Origin: Actinomycetes bacterium
GTDB lineage: Bacteria; Actinomycetota; Actinomycetes; S36-B12
Direction: 5' to 3'
Assembly (NCBI GenBank): GCA_024641635.1
Contig: JAHECS010000004.1
Location: forward strand, 92,826 to 156,825
DNA: 64,000 nucleotides
Shown here: positions 46,825-57,552 of the stretch, in pieces
Layout of the letters: every line of letters begins with the position of its first letter
Position numbering within the stretch: the first letter of the stretch is position 1
The notes under the pieces: generated by a model
Told to the model about the DNA's origin: nothing
What the model saw: only the letters and a program-made list of their open reading frames with translations
The model's database searches: none
Made by a program: the position numbers and the translations under genes

Positions 46825-47451
46825 ATGGCGCGTTATACAGACGCCGACTGCAAGCGGTGCCGCCGCGAGAAGATGAAGCTGTTCCTCAAGGGTGCCAAGT
46901 GCGAATCGCCGAAGTGCCCCTTCGAGAAGCGTCCCTACCCCCCGGGCCAGCACGGCCGGGGCCGGTCGAAGGACAGCGAGTACCTGCTGCAGCTGCGCGA
47001 GAAGCAGAAGGCCACCCGGATGTACGGCGTTCTCGAGAAGCAGTTCAGCAACTACTACGCCGAGGCGCAGCGCCAGGCCGGCAAGACCGGTGAGAACCTG
47101 CTGCAGATCCTCGAGACCCGTCTCGACAACGTCGTGTTCCGCGCGGGCTTCGCGAAGTCCCGTGACATGGCCCGTCAGCTGGTGACCCACGGCCACTTCA
47201 TGGTCAACGGCCACAAGGTGAACATCCCCTCGTACCGCGTGTCGCCCAACGACATCGTCGAGGTGCGGCCCGGCTCGCGCGAGCTCACGCCGTTCATCGT
47301 GGCTCACGCCGAGATCGGCGAGCGCCCGGTGCCCGCGTGGCTCGAGGTCATCCCGTCGCAGATGCGCATCCTGGTGCACTCGATGCCGGCCCGCGCCGTC
47401 ATCGACACGCAGGTCAACGAGCAGCTGATCGTCGAGCTCTACTCCAAGTAA
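46825..47451 (+). CDS. rpsD: 30S ribosomal protein S4 (uS4)
   Basis: 208 aa; [44 protein letters not shown]. Confidence 0.97.
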   Translation: MARYTDADCKRCRREKMKLFLKGAKCESPKCPFEKRPYPPGQHGRGRSKDSEYLLQLREKQKATRMYGVLEKQFSNYYAEAQRQAGKTGENLLQILETRLDNVVFRAGFAKSRDMARQLVTHGHFMVNGHKVNIPSYRVSPNDIVEVRPGSRELTPFIVAHAEIGERPVPAWLEVIPSQMRILVHSMPARAVIDTQVNEQLIVELYSK

Positions 47452-47521
47452 TCGCCATCAGGCCCGCGAGGGCCGGAGTTCGCGACGTCAAATAGCGGTC
47501 GTCGCGGGAAGGAAGTCCAAC

Positions 47522-48538
47522 GTGCTTATCAGCCAGCGTCCCGTGCTCACTGAGGAGCCGATCAGCGAGTTCCGCTCGCGCTTCGTGCTTGAGCCCCTCG
47601 AGCCCGGTTTCGGCTACACCCTCGGCAACTCGCTCCGCCGCACGCTGCTGTCGTCGATCCCCGGAGCCGCTGTCACCAGCATCCGCATCGACGGTGTCCT
47701 CCACGAGTTCACGACCGTCCCGGGTGTGAAGGAGGACGTGACCGAGCTCATCCTCAACATCAAGCAGCTGGTCATCTCGTCCGAGCATGACGAGCCCGTC
47801 GTCATGTACCTGCGCAAGCAGGGTCCTGGCACCGTCACGGCCGCCGACATCCAGCCGCCCGCGGGCGTCGAGGTGCACAACGCGGACCTGCACATCGCCA
47901 CCCTGAACGCGAAGGGCAAGCTCGAGATCGAGCTCGTCGTCGAGCGTGGGCGCGGCTACGTGTCCGCCGTCCTGAACAAGCAGGCCGGTCAGGAGATCGG
48001 CCGCATCCCGGTCGACTCCATCTACAGCCCCGTGCTGAAGGTGACCTACAAGGTCGAGGCGACCCGCGTCGAGCAGCGCACGGACTTCGACAAGCTCGTT
48101 CTCGACGTCGAGACCAAGCAGTCGATGCGCCCGCGTGACGCCGTCGCCTCCGCCGGCAAGACCCTGGTGGAGCTCTTCGGCCTGGCCCGCGAGCTCAACC
48201 TCGACGCCGAGGGCATCGACATCGGCCCGTCGCCGACCGACGCGTTCGTGGCCGAGCAGCTGTCGACCCCGATCGAGCAGCTCGACATGACCGTGCGCTC
48301 GTACAACTGCCTCAAGCGCGAGGGCATCCACACCGTGGGCGAGCTCATCACCCGCAGTGAGGCCGACCTCCTCGACATCCGCAACTTCGGTGCGAAGTCG
48401 ATCGACGAGGTCAAGGTGAAGCTGGCCAGCCTCGGCCTGGCGCTGAAGGACAGCCCCCCCGGGTTCGACCCCGGAGCCGCGGTCTACTTCACCGACGAGG
48501 ACGACGACCTGGCGTACGCCGAGGACGAGCAGCTCTAG
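47522..48538 (+). CDS. rpoA: DNA-directed RNA polymerase subunit alpha
   Basis: 338 aa; GTG start; [31 protein letters not shown]; C-terminal domain [22 protein letters not shown]. Confidence 0.97.
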   Translation: MLISQRPVLTEEPISEFRSRFVLEPLEPGFGYTLGNSLRRTLLSSIPGAAVTSIRIDGVLHEFTTVPGVKEDVTELILNIKQLVISSEHDEPVVMYLRKQGPGTVTAADIQPPAGVEVHNADLHIATLNAKGKLEIELVVERGRGYVSAVLNKQAGQEIGRIPVDSIYSPVLKVTYKVEATRVEQRTDFDKLVLDVETKQSMRPRDAVASAGKTLVELFGLARELNLDAEGIDIGPSPTDAFVAEQLSTPIEQLDMTVRSYNCLKREGIHTVGELITRSEADLLDIRNFGAKSIDEVKVKLASLGLALKDSPPGFDPGAAVYFTDEDDDLAYAEDEQL

Positions 48539-48574
48539 CAGCTGCACCTACACGGAAAGCACTGAGGAGAAGCA

Positions 48575-49174
48575 ATGCCTACGCCAACCAAGGGTCCCCG
48601 TCTCGGCGGCGGGCCTGCACACGAGCGGCTCATGCTGGCGAACCTCGCCACGGCGCTGTTCGAGCATGGGCGCATCACGACGACCGAGGCCAAGGCCAAG
48701 CGCCTTCGCCCGCTGGCCGAGCGCCTGATCACCTTCGCCAAGCGTGGTGACCTGCACGCGCGCCGTCGCGTCATGACCGTGGTCAAGGACAAGTCCGTCG
48801 TGCATGTGCTGTTCACCGAGATCGGCCCGCAGTACGCGGGGCGCCCGGGCGGCTACACGCGCATCACCAAGATCGGTCCTCGCAAGGGCGACAACGCCCC
48901 CATGGCCGTCATCGAGCTCGTCGAGCCCATGGCGGAGCAGGTCGTCGCCGAGGCCACCGGCGCCACCAAGCGCGCGGCCAAGGAGAAGGCCGCTGCGGCT
49001 CCCGCTGCGGCTGCTGAGGTCGTGGCGGATTCACCGGAATCGGTCGAGACCGAGGTCGACGCGGTCGAGGAGTCGGTCGTCGAGTCCGAGGCCGACGACA
49101 GCGCCACTGAGGCCGCCGTCGTCGCCGAGGACGCGGCTGACGCCGATGCTGACGAGGCGAAGGACGAGTCCTGA
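48575..49174 (+). CDS. rplQ: 50S ribosomal protein L17 (bL17) with acidic C-terminal extension
   Basis: 199 aa; [37 protein letters not shown]; about 70-aa Ala/Glu/Asp-rich tail. Confidence 0.97.
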   Translation: MPTPTKGPRLGGGPAHERLMLANLATALFEHGRITTTEAKAKRLRPLAERLITFAKRGDLHARRRVMTVVKDKSVVHVLFTEIGPQYAGRPGGYTRITKIGPRKGDNAPMAVIELVEPMAEQVVAEATGATKRAAKEKAAAAPAAAAEVVADSPESVETEVDAVEESVVESEADDSATEAAVVAEDAADADADEAKDES

Positions 49175-50031
49175 CCGACCCCGCATCCCCTGATCAGCCC
49201 GTCCCCGGAAGCCCGGGTGGCGGGCTGATCCGTCTGCGCCTCGACCTCGCGTACGACGGGACCGACTTCCACGGGTGGGCGGCCCAGCCGGAGTCCGCCG
49301 GCCTGCGTACGGTGCAGGGCGAGCTGCAACGGGTGCTCAGCCACCTGTTCGGCCAGCCGGTCGAGGTGCAGTGCGCCGGTCGCACGGATGCCGGTGTGCA
49401 CGCCCGCGGCCAGGTGGCCCACCTCGACGTGACGGGGCCGCCGGACCCCGTCGACGCACGCCGCATCAACCGAGCGCTTCCGGACGACATCCGGGTCACG
49501 GGGATGCGCACGGCACCGCAGGGATTCGATGCGCGGTTCTCGGCCATCTGGAGGCGGTACGGATACCGCGTGGCCGACAACGGGCTGGGCCCCGACCCGC
49601 TGCATCGCCGGCACACGCTCGCCTGGCACCGACCACTCGACCTCGACACGATGAACACTGCCGCACGCGACCTCCTCGGCGAGCACGACTTCGCGCCGTT
49701 CTGCAAGCACCGCGAGTTCGCGACGACGGTTCGCGCGCTGCAACGCCTCGAGTGGGCGCGGGATGACGACGACGTTGCCGTGATGACCGTGCAGGCCGAC
49801 GCGTTCTGCCATTCCATGGTGCGCTCGCTCGTCGGCGTGATGCTGCCGGTGGGGGAGGGTCGTCGGCCGGTCGAGTGGCCGGCCCAGGTGCTCCGCTCCG
49901 GCGAGAAGGACTCGGCCGTCACGACGATGCCGCCGCACCCGCTGACCCTCGAGGCCGTGGGCTATCCGCCGGACGACCAGCTGCTGGCTCGACAGCGCGA
50001 GACCCGCAGCCTGCGGACTCTGGGGGCGTAG
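49171..50031 (+). CDS. truA: tRNA pseudouridine(38-40) synthase TruA; start codon unresolved (CTG 49171 proposed)
   Basis: Catalytic motif GRTDAGVHA. Conserved N-terminal strand [16 protein letters not shown] is encoded at 49231-49278, upstream of the first ATG/GTG/TTG (GTG 49312). Frame is open from the stop at 49150-49152; the only in-frame NTGs are CTG 49171 (CTGA overlap with the rplQ stop), 49225 and 49234. Confidence 0.7.
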   Translation: MTDPASPDQPVPGSPGGGLIRLRLDLAYDGTDFHGWAAQPESAGLRTVQGELQRVLSHLFGQPVEVQCAGRTDAGVHARGQVAHLDVTGPPDPVDARRINRALPDDIRVTGMRTAPQGFDARFSAIWRRYGYRVADNGLGPDPLHRRHTLAWHRPLDLDTMNTAARDLLGEHDFAPFCKHREFATTVRALQRLEWARDDDDVAVMTVQADAFCHSMVRSLVGVMLPVGEGRRPVEWPAQVLRSGEKDSAVTTMPPHPLTLEAVGYPPDDQLLARQRETRSLRTLGA

Positions 50032-51722
50032 TGGGCCACATCGACGTGCAGCACGTCACGTACGCCCTGCCCGACGGGCGGGTGCTGCTCAGTGACGTCT
50101 CCTTCCGGGTTCCCGACGGAGCGACCGCTGCCCTCGTGGGGGCCAACGGCGCGGGGAAGACGACGCTCATGCGGATGATCGCGGGCACGGCGACGTCAGA
50201 GCAGCCGCCGGACGGAGACATCTCGCCGCACGAGGGATCGATCGTCTGCTCGGGGTCGGTTGCCGTGATGCGGCAGTTCATCGGGCAGATGTCAGAGGGC
50301 ACGGTGCGCGACCTGCTCCTCGACGTCAGTCCCGAGCGCCTGCGACGGGCAGCGCGGAAGCTCGACGATGCCGAGCTTGCGCTGATGGAGAGCGACGACG
50401 AGCCCACGCAGATGCAGTACGCGCATGCGATCTCGGACTACGCGGACGCCGGTGGCTACGACGCCGACGTGCTCTTCGATGTCGTCACCATGGCGGCCAT
50501 GCGGGAGCCCTACGAGCGGATCCGCTGGCGCCAGGTGTCCACTCTCTCGGGCGGCGAGCAGAAGCGCCTTGTCCTGGAGCTGCTTCTCCGGGGCAACGCC
50601 GACATCCTCCTGCTCGACGAGCCGGACAACTACCTCGACGTCCCCGGCAAGGTCTGGCTCGAGCGGGCGCTGCGCGAGACTCCCAAGACGGTGCTGCTCA
50701 TCAGCCACGACCGCGAGCTGCTCAACCAGTGCGCCAGCCATGTCGTCGCCGTCGAGCTGGGCGCTGCCGGCAACAGCGTCTGGGTGCATGGTGGCGGCTT
50801 CGCCTCCTTCCATGCCGCACGGGCCGATCGGTTCTCGCGTCTCGAGGAGCTGCGGCGGCGCTGGGACGAGGAGCACGTCAAGATCAAGGAGCTGGTGCAG
50901 TCCCTCAAGGTCAAGGCGAAGTACAACGATGGGATGTCGTCTCGGTACCAGGCCGCGCAGACGAGACTTCGCAAGTTCGAGGAGGCCGGACCTCCCATCG
51001 CCGTGCCGAGGGAGCAGAGCGTCCGCATGCGCCTGACCGGGGGGCGCACGGCCAAGAGGGCCGTCGTGTGCGAGCAGCTGGAGCTCACGGGACTGACCCA
51101 GCCGTTCGACGCCGAGGTCTGGTTCGGGGAGCGGCTCGCTGTGCTGGGGGCGAACGGATCGGGCAAGTCGCACCTCCTTCGGCTGCTCGCCCTGGGCGGG
51201 AGCGACCCGGATGTCGAGCACCGTCCGGTGGGCGATGTGGAGATCGCGCCCGTGCGCCACACCGGGGTGGCCCGCCTCGGTGCGCGCGTGCGTCCGGGCT
51301 GGTTCGCGCAGACCCATGTCCGGCCCGATCTGTCCGGCCGGACGCTGCTGGAGATCCTCCATCGCGGCGACGAGCGGCGCTCGGGGATGCCACGTGAGCA
51401 GGCGTCGCGCGTGCTCGATCGCTACGAGCTGGCCGAAGCGGCCGAACAGGACTTCGACACGCTCTCCGGGGGCCAGCAGGCGCGCTTCCAGATCCTGCTC
51501 CTGGAGCTCGGCGGAGCCACCATGCTGCTCCTCGACGAGCCGACCGACAACCTCGACCTGGCGAGCGCGGAGGCCCTGGAGCTCGGTCTTGACCGGTTCG
51601 AGGGCACGGTCGTCGCCGTCACTCACGACCGGTGGTTCACGAGGGGATTCGACCGGTTCTGGGTCTTCCGGGGGGACGGAACCGTCGTGGAGACCCCCGA
51701 GCCCGTGTGGTCGGACTGGTAG
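50031..51722 (+). CDS. ABC-F family ATPase (two ABC domains, no TM domain)
   Basis: GTG 50031 overlapping the truA stop (TAGTG). GANGAGKTT / LSGGEQKRL / [11 protein letters not shown], then a linker of about 70 aa rich in R/K/E, then GANGSGKS / LSGGQQARF / [11 protein letters not shown]. Confidence 0.85.
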   Translation: MGHIDVQHVTYALPDGRVLLSDVSFRVPDGATAALVGANGAGKTTLMRMIAGTATSEQPPDGDISPHEGSIVCSGSVAVMRQFIGQMSEGTVRDLLLDVSPERLRRAARKLDDAELALMESDDEPTQMQYAHAISDYADAGGYDADVLFDVVTMAAMREPYERIRWRQVSTLSGGEQKRLVLELLLRGNADILLLDEPDNYLDVPGKVWLERALRETPKTVLLISHDRELLNQCASHVVAVELGAAGNSVWVHGGGFASFHAARADRFSRLEELRRRWDEEHVKIKELVQSLKVKAKYNDGMSSRYQAAQTRLRKFEEAGPPIAVPREQSVRMRLTGGRTAKRAVVCEQLELTGLTQPFDAEVWFGERLAVLGANGSGKSHLLRLLALGGSDPDVEHRPVGDVEIAPVRHTGVARLGARVRPGWFAQTHVRPDLSGRTLLEILHRGDERRSGMPREQASRVLDRYELAEAAEQDFDTLSGGQQARFQILLLELGGATMLLLDEPTDNLDLASAEALELGLDRFEGTVVAVTHDRWFTRGFDRFWVFRGDGTVVETPEPVWSDW

Positions 51723-51735
51723 CCGGGCTGCCCAC

Positions 51736-51784
51736 CTTGAGGTTGGCGGCGCGTTCGCGGCGCCAGATCGGCGCCAACCTCAAG
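51736..51784 (+). terminator. hairpin after the ABC-F gene (possible terminator)
   Basis: cttgaggttggcg (51736-51748) / cgccaacctcaag (51772-51784): 13-bp stem, GC-rich 23-nt loop; no T-tract. Confidence 0.45.
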
Positions 51785-51805
51785 ATCGGCGGGGGACGGG
51801 GCGAT

Positions 51806-51835
51806 TTGGAGGGCTCCGTGGCTGCCCGGTACTCT
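51806..51835 (+). promoter_or_regulatory. candidate rplM-rpsI promoter
   Basis: ttggag (51806-51811), 18-nt spacer, tactct (51830-51835); leaves a structured leader of about 110 nt (ccgtga-tccg-tcacgg hairpin at 51845-51860). Confidence 0.35.
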
Positions 51836-51951
51836 GGGCTGCTGCCGTGATCCGTCACGGCCTGGCTGCCAGGGATGGCATCCAGTACGGCGCCCCACCG
51901 ATGGGGCGTGCAGAGTCCAGGTCCCGACGAGTGAAAGACAGGTGCGGCTCC

Positions 51952-52395
51952 ATGCGCACGTACAGCCCCAAGCCCGGCGACAACACCCCCGTCTGGCACG
52001 TGATCGACGCCTCTGACGTCGTCCTCGGCCGTCTGGCCACCCACGCCGCCACGCTCCTGCGCGGCAAGCACAAGCCGACCTTCGCTCCTCACATGGACAT
52101 GGGCGACTTCGTGATCATCATCAATGCAGAGAAGGTCGCCCTCACCGGCGCCAAGAAGCAGCAGAAGATGGACTTCCGTCACTCCGGCCATCCGGGCGGT
52201 CTGACGGCCACGTCCTACAGCGAGCTGCTGGAGTCCAATCCGCGTCGCGCCGTCGAGAAGGCCGTCAAGGGGATGCTCCCGCACAACAAGCTCGGTCGGC
52301 AGCAGCTGAAGAAGCTGAAGGTCTACGCCGGCTCGGCGCACCCCCACGCTGCGCAGCAGCCGCAGCCCTTCCAGATCACCCAGGTCGCGCAGTAA
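51952..52395 (+). CDS. rplM: 50S ribosomal protein L13 (uL13)
   Basis: ATG 51952; [47 protein letters not shown]. Confidence 0.97.
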   Translation: MRTYSPKPGDNTPVWHVIDASDVVLGRLATHAATLLRGKHKPTFAPHMDMGDFVIIINAEKVALTGAKKQQKMDFRHSGHPGGLTATSYSELLESNPRRAVEKAVKGMLPHNKLGRQQLKKLKVYAGSAHPHAAQQPQPFQITQVAQ

Positions 52396-52425
52396 TCGTG
52401 CGACGCGGCAGCAACGAGAGGATCA

Positions 52426-52932
<507 letters not shown>

Positions 52933-52936
52933 TCCG

Positions 52937-54286
52937 TTGGGGAGGCTGTTCGGCACCGACGGCGTTCGGGGCCTCGCCAACCGCGATGTCACGGCTGAGC
53001 TCGCACTCGACCTCGCGGTCGCTGCGGCCCACGTCCTCGGGGACCGGGGGGCCTTCGAAGGCCACCGCCCCAAGGCGGTCGTCGGCCGGGACCCTCGGGC
53101 CAGCGGCGAGTTCCTCGAGGCTGCCGTGGTCGCCGGGCTGGCCAGCGCCGGTGTCGATGTCGTGCTCGTCGGGGTGGTGCCCACCCCGGGTGTGGCCTTC
53201 CTGACCGACGCGCTCGGTGCCGACCTCGGCGTGATGCTGTCGGCATCGCACAACCCCATGCCGGACAACGGGATCAAGTTCTTCTCGCGGGGCGGTCACA
53301 AGCTCGATGACGTCATCGAGGACGCCATCGAGGAGCGGCTGCGCGAGCCGTGGGACCGTCCGATCGGCGCGGACGTCGGGCGGGTGCGACATGCGCCCGA
53401 GGAGGTGGCGCGCTACGAGCAGCACCTGCTGTCGACGCTTCCGCACAGCCTGGCCGGCCTGACCGTCGTGGTCGACTGCGCCAACGGTGCGGCGTCGGTG
53501 CTCGCCCCAGAGGTGTATGCGGCTGCCGGCGCGACCGTGATCCCGATCCACGCGGAGCCCAACGGCCTGAACATCAACGACAACTGCGGCAGTACCCACA
53601 TGGACGACCTGGTCGCCGCGGTGCGCAGCAGCGGGGCCGACGTGGGCCTGGCCCACGACGGAGATGCCGATCGCTGCCTCGCGATCGATGCCGATGGTGA
53701 GCTCGTCGACGGCGACCACCTCCTGGCCATTCTCGCGATCGCGATGAACCGGACCGGTGAGCTGGTCGACGGCACCGTCGTGGCCACGGTCATGGCGAAC
53801 CTCGGTTTCAAGCATGCGATGACCGACGCCGGCATCTCGGTGGTCGAGACCGCGGTCGGCGACCGCTACGTCCTCGAGGCCATGCGCGCCAACGGCTTCG
53901 TGCTCGGCGGTGAGCAGAGCGGCCACGTGGTGATGTCCTCGTACGCGACGACGGGTGACGGCATCCTCACCGGCCTGCATGTCCTCGGCGAGATGGCCCG
54001 CTCGGGCCAGACCCTGGCGACGCTCGCCTCGTCGGTCGCGAAACTCCCGCAGGTCCTCATCAACGTCCGCGGGGTCGATCGAGCAGGACTCGTCACCTCC
54101 GACGCCGTCCGAGAGGCCCTCGCGAGCGCCGAGCAGCAGCTCGCTGGGACCGGCCGGGTCCTGCTTCGCCCGTCGGGGACCGAACCGGTCATCCGAGTCA
54201 TGGTGGAGGCGGTCACCGAGCACGAGGCCCGACGAGTCAGCGAGGAACTGGCCGACGTCGTGCGCGTCGAGCTCGCGATCGACTGA
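52937..54286 (+). CDS. glmM: phosphoglucosamine mutase
   Basis: 449 aa; TTG start; LFGTDGVRG, active-site loop [15 protein letters not shown], metal loop HDGDADR. Confidence 0.95.
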   Translation: MGRLFGTDGVRGLANRDVTAELALDLAVAAAHVLGDRGAFEGHRPKAVVGRDPRASGEFLEAAVVAGLASAGVDVVLVGVVPTPGVAFLTDALGADLGVMLSASHNPMPDNGIKFFSRGGHKLDDVIEDAIEERLREPWDRPIGADVGRVRHAPEEVARYEQHLLSTLPHSLAGLTVVVDCANGAASVLAPEVYAAAGATVIPIHAEPNGLNINDNCGSTHMDDLVAAVRSSGADVGLAHDGDADRCLAIDADGELVDGDHLLAILAIAMNRTGELVDGTVVATVMANLGFKHAMTDAGISVVETAVGDRYVLEAMRANGFVLGGEQSGHVVMSSYATTGDGILTGLHVLGEMARSGQTLATLASSVAKLPQVLINVRGVDRAGLVTSDAVREALASAEQQLAGTGRVLLRPSGTEPVIRVMVEAVTEHEARRVSEELADVVRVELAID

Positions 54287-55193
54287 GCACGAGCTGCTGG
54301 AGAGCCAGCGTCGCCCATCCGGCTAGCGCCATCCCGGCGATGTTCAGCACCAGGGTGAGGGTGCTCGCCCGGAACTCCGTCCACTGCGCGAAGGCGAGCG
54401 ACAGGGCGATGCTGCCGGCCGCGGGGATCGTCGTGACCGAGATGAAGACCCCGACGAGTGCGCCGGATCTTGCTGAGGTGAGGGCGAGGACGCCGGCGGC
54501 GCCGGCGATCAGCGCGATCGTCAGGGACCATCCGTTCGGGTAGTAGATGAATCCGGTGCCGGGCCGCAGGGCGGGGTCGATCGCACCGACGTCCGGTACG
54601 CCGGCGAGGCCGGCGAGCGCGGCCACCGCTGCGGTCACCGCGATGGCGACGCCGAAGCCGATGGCCAGGGATCGAAGCGCCTGACGGAACAGGTGGGGGC
54701 GTCGTCGAACGAGACCGAGCCCCAGGGCGGCCACGGCGACGAACTCCGGCCCGAGGACCATCGCCCCGATCACGAGGATGGCCGAGTCGGTGATGATGGC
54801 GATGGCGGCCAGCAGCGTGGCGAGGATCATGAAGGACAGGAACGTCCACGTCACCCGGGAGTCGCTGTAGGCGCGTTCCACCACCTCGGCCCAGACGACC
54901 GCGTCCGCTTCGTCAATCGGGGCCCGCTCCTCTGCGGTCAGGCCGGATCGGGACACGTAGGTGGCGACCGGGAGAAGCTGGATGGAGCCCTCCCGGGGCA
55001 CGCCGAGGTCGTGCAGCGCCTCGACGACCGTGTTGGCGCTCTCCCTGGCGACGTCCGCCTCGACGATGTCACCCGGTGGCCTCCGGAGCGCGCCCTCGAG
55101 CACGGCGAGCGTGCTCAGGGTGGGTATTGCCTCGAACACATCGACCACGGCCGCGGTCAGATCCGAGGTGCAGCACACGCGAACCGTGATCAC
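54237..55193 (-). CDS. DUF389-family integral membrane protein
   Basis: 318 aa; soluble N-terminal domain then TM core ([34 protein letters not shown]...); its 3' end overlaps the glmM 3' end by 50 nt. Confidence 0.7.
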   Translation of the reverse strand: MITVRVCCTSDLTAAVVDVFEAIPTLSTLAVLEGALRRPPGDIVEADVARESANTVVEALHDLGVPREGSIQLLPVATYVSRSGLTAEERAPIDEADAVVWAEVVERAYSDSRVTWTFLSFMILATLLAAIAIITDSAILVIGAMVLGPEFVAVAALGLGLVRRRPHLFRQALRSLAIGFGVAIAVTAAVAALAGLAGVPDVGAIDPALRPGTGFIYYPNGWSLTIALIAGAAGVLALTSARSGALVGVFISVTTIPAAGSIALSLAFAQWTEFRASTLTLVLNIAGMALAGWATLALQQLVLSRSRARRARRRPVPR

Positions 55194-55260
55194 CCGGCCA
55201 TTGTTCCGTTCCTTGCGCCCCCCGCAGGCCTTACGAGAACGGTTCGTGAACTCCCGCGCG

Positions 55261-55273
55261 TAATGTTCGCTCC
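55261..55273 (+). promoter_or_regulatory. candidate -10 element placing the glmS transcription start at or next to its ATG (leaderless mRNA)
   Basis: taatgt (55261-55266, TAnnnT) ends 8 nt before ATG 55274; no purine-rich SD in tcgctcc. Confidence 0.3.
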
Positions 55274-57124
55274 ATGTGCGGAATCGTTGGATACGTGGGT
55301 CAGAAGCAAGCCCTCGAGATCGTCGTTGCGGGCCTGCGGCGCCTCGAGTACCGGGGGTACGACTCCGCGGGCGTCGCGGTGGTCAGCGGGGAGGAGCTGG
55401 TCGTTCGCAAGAAGGCGGGCAAGCTGGTCAACCTCGAGACCCTGCTCGGGTCGGACCCCATGCCCGACTCGACGACGGGCATCGGCCACACGCGCTGGGC
55501 CACCCACGGCGGTCCGACCGACAGCAACGCCCATCCTCATGTCAGCGAGGACGGCACGGTCGCGGTCATCCACAACGGGATCATCGAGAACTTCGCCGAG
55601 CTGCGCGCCGAGCTCAACGCCGCTGGGGTCAGCCTCTCGTCGGAGACCGATACCGAGGTCGTCGCGCACCTGCTCGCACTCGAGCTGCCTGCGGCCGACC
55701 GTGACCTTCCGGAGGCGATGCGGCGCGTCTGCCGTCGGCTGGAGGGAGCCTTCACCCTCGTCGCACTCGATCGCGAGCAGCCCGACCTGGTCGTCGGTGC
55801 CCGACGCAACTCTCCGCTCGTCGTGGGTGTCGGGCAGGGCGAGAACTTCCTCGCCTCGGACGTCGCCGCCTTCGTCGACCACACCCGGGAGGCTCTCGAA
55901 CTCGGGCAGGACCAGGTCGTCATCCTGACCCCGACCTCGGTCACCGTCACCGACTTCGACGGCGAGCCTGCCGCCGTGCGTCCGTTCACCGTCGACTGGG
56001 ATGCCTCGGCGGCCGAGAAGGGCGGGTTCGACCTGTTCATGCTGAAGGAGATCGCCGAGCAGCCCAGGGCTGTCGCGGACTCGCTGCGGGGCCGCATCAC
56101 CCGCGACTCACGCATCCAGCTGGACGAGACGAACCTGGACGAGGCTGCACTGCGAGCCATCACGAAGGTGGTCGTCATCGCGTGCGGCACGGCGGCTCAT
56201 GCGGGCATGGTGGCGAAGTACGCCATCGAGCACTGGACTCGCGTGCCGGTCGAGGTCGAGCTGGCGAGTGAGTTCCGGTACCGGGACCCCATCGTCGGTC
56301 CCGACTCTCTGGTCATCGCGATCTCCCAGTCCGGCGAGACGATGGACACCCTCATGGCGCTCCGCTACGCGAAGGCGCAGGGCGCGCACACGCTGGCGAT
56401 CTGCAACACCGTCGGCTCGACGATTCCCCGTGAGTCGGACGGCGTCCTCTACACGTATGCGGGTCCGGAGATCGCGGTCGCCTCCACCAAGGCGTTCCTC
56501 ACGCAGATCATCGCTGCCTACCTCGTCGGGCTGTACCTGGCTCAGGTGCGGGGCACCATGTTCGAGGACGAGATCCGCGGCGTGCTCGCGGAGCTCGACG
56601 ACATGCCCAGCAAGGTCGACCTGGTCCTGGACACGACCGAGCCGGTGCGGGCGCTGGCCCGCGAGCTGGCAGGCGCCACCTCGGTCCTGTTCCTCGGCAG
56701 GCACGTCGGGTTCCCGGTCGCGCTGGAGGGCGCCCTGAAGCTGAAGGAGCTCGCGTACATGCACGCCGAGGGCTTTCCCGCCGGTGAGCTCAAGCACGGC
56801 CCGATCGCGCTGATCGAGGAGGGAGTCCCGGTCATCGTCATCGTGCCCTCGCCACGGGGCCGCGCCGTCCTCCACGACAAGATCGTGTCGAACATCCAGG
56901 AGGTCCGGGCCCGCGGCGCCCTCGTCGTCGCGATCGCGGAGGAGGGAGACGAGTCGATCACGCCGTACGCGGAGCACATCATCCGCATCCCCGCCGTCCC
57001 CACTCTCATGCAACCGCTGGTCGCCACCGTGCCGCTGCAGGCATTCGCCTGCGAGATGGCCACCGCCAAGGGCCATGACGTGGACCAGCCGCGGAACCTC
57101 GCCAAGTCCGTCACGGTGGAGTAG
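55274..57124 (+). CDS. glmS: glutamine--fructose-6-phosphate aminotransferase (isomerizing)
   Basis: 616 aa; N-terminal nucleophile MCGIVGYVG, SIS domains, C-terminal KSVTVE. Confidence 0.97.
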   Translation: MCGIVGYVGQKQALEIVVAGLRRLEYRGYDSAGVAVVSGEELVVRKKAGKLVNLETLLGSDPMPDSTTGIGHTRWATHGGPTDSNAHPHVSEDGTVAVIHNGIIENFAELRAELNAAGVSLSSETDTEVVAHLLALELPAADRDLPEAMRRVCRRLEGAFTLVALDREQPDLVVGARRNSPLVVGVGQGENFLASDVAAFVDHTREALELGQDQVVILTPTSVTVTDFDGEPAAVRPFTVDWDASAAEKGGFDLFMLKEIAEQPRAVADSLRGRITRDSRIQLDETNLDEAALRAITKVVVIACGTAAHAGMVAKYAIEHWTRVPVEVELASEFRYRDPIVGPDSLVIAISQSGETMDTLMALRYAKAQGAHTLAICNTVGSTIPRESDGVLYTYAGPEIAVASTKAFLTQIIAAYLVGLYLAQVRGTMFEDEIRGVLAELDDMPSKVDLVLDTTEPVRALARELAGATSVLFLGRHVGFPVALEGALKLKELAYMHAEGFPAGELKHGPIALIEEGVPVIVIVPSPRGRAVLHDKIVSNIQEVRARGALVVAIAEEGDESITPYAEHIIRIPAVPTLMQPLVATVPLQAFACEMATAKGHDVDQPRNLAKSVTVE

Positions 57125-57171
57125 CGCTGCACCCGGACCTGACCCCCCGCGCCCTCGCCGGACTGCCCTCC

Positions 57172-57552
57172 GTGGTCGGCGTGGGCGTGGACCTCGTTGA
57201 CACCGAGCGGTTCGCCCGCGTCATCCAGCGGACCCCCGGCCTCGTCCCGCGCGTCTTCACCGACGCGGAGGTGGAGCTGTCGGGCGGACCCCGCCTTCGC
57301 CCCGCCTCGCTGGCGGCCCGCTGGGCGGTGAAGGAGGCCGTCGCCAAGATCCTCGTCGACACCTCCGGACTGCGCTGGCACGACTGCCAGGTGCTGTCGG
57401 GTGACCGTGGTGAGCCCCTCCTGCTGCCCCGTGGCACAGTGGCCGAGGCCGCTGAGGCCCGCGGCATCGAGTCATGGCTCCTGTCACTCAGCCATGATGG
57501 TCACATGGCCATCGCCTTCGTCGTCGCCCTCCGGTCGGTGGGCGAGCCGTGA
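57172..57552 (+). CDS. acpS: holo-[acyl-carrier-protein] synthase
   Basis: 126 aa; GTG start; VGVGVDLVDTERFARVI...WAVKEAVAK. Confidence 0.9.
   Translation: MVGVGVDLVDTERFARVIQRTPGLVPRVFTDAEVELSGGPRLRPASLAARWAVKEAVAKILVDTSGLRWHDCQVLSGDRGEPLLLPRGTVAEAAEARGIESWLLSLSHDGHMAIAFVVALRSVGEP

Noticed and set aside
55194-55273. glmS ribozyme upstream of glmS
   Set aside because: The spacer is only 80 nt, is shared with a divergent gene and shows no extended structure. I recall the ribozyme mainly from Firmicutes, not from this phylum.
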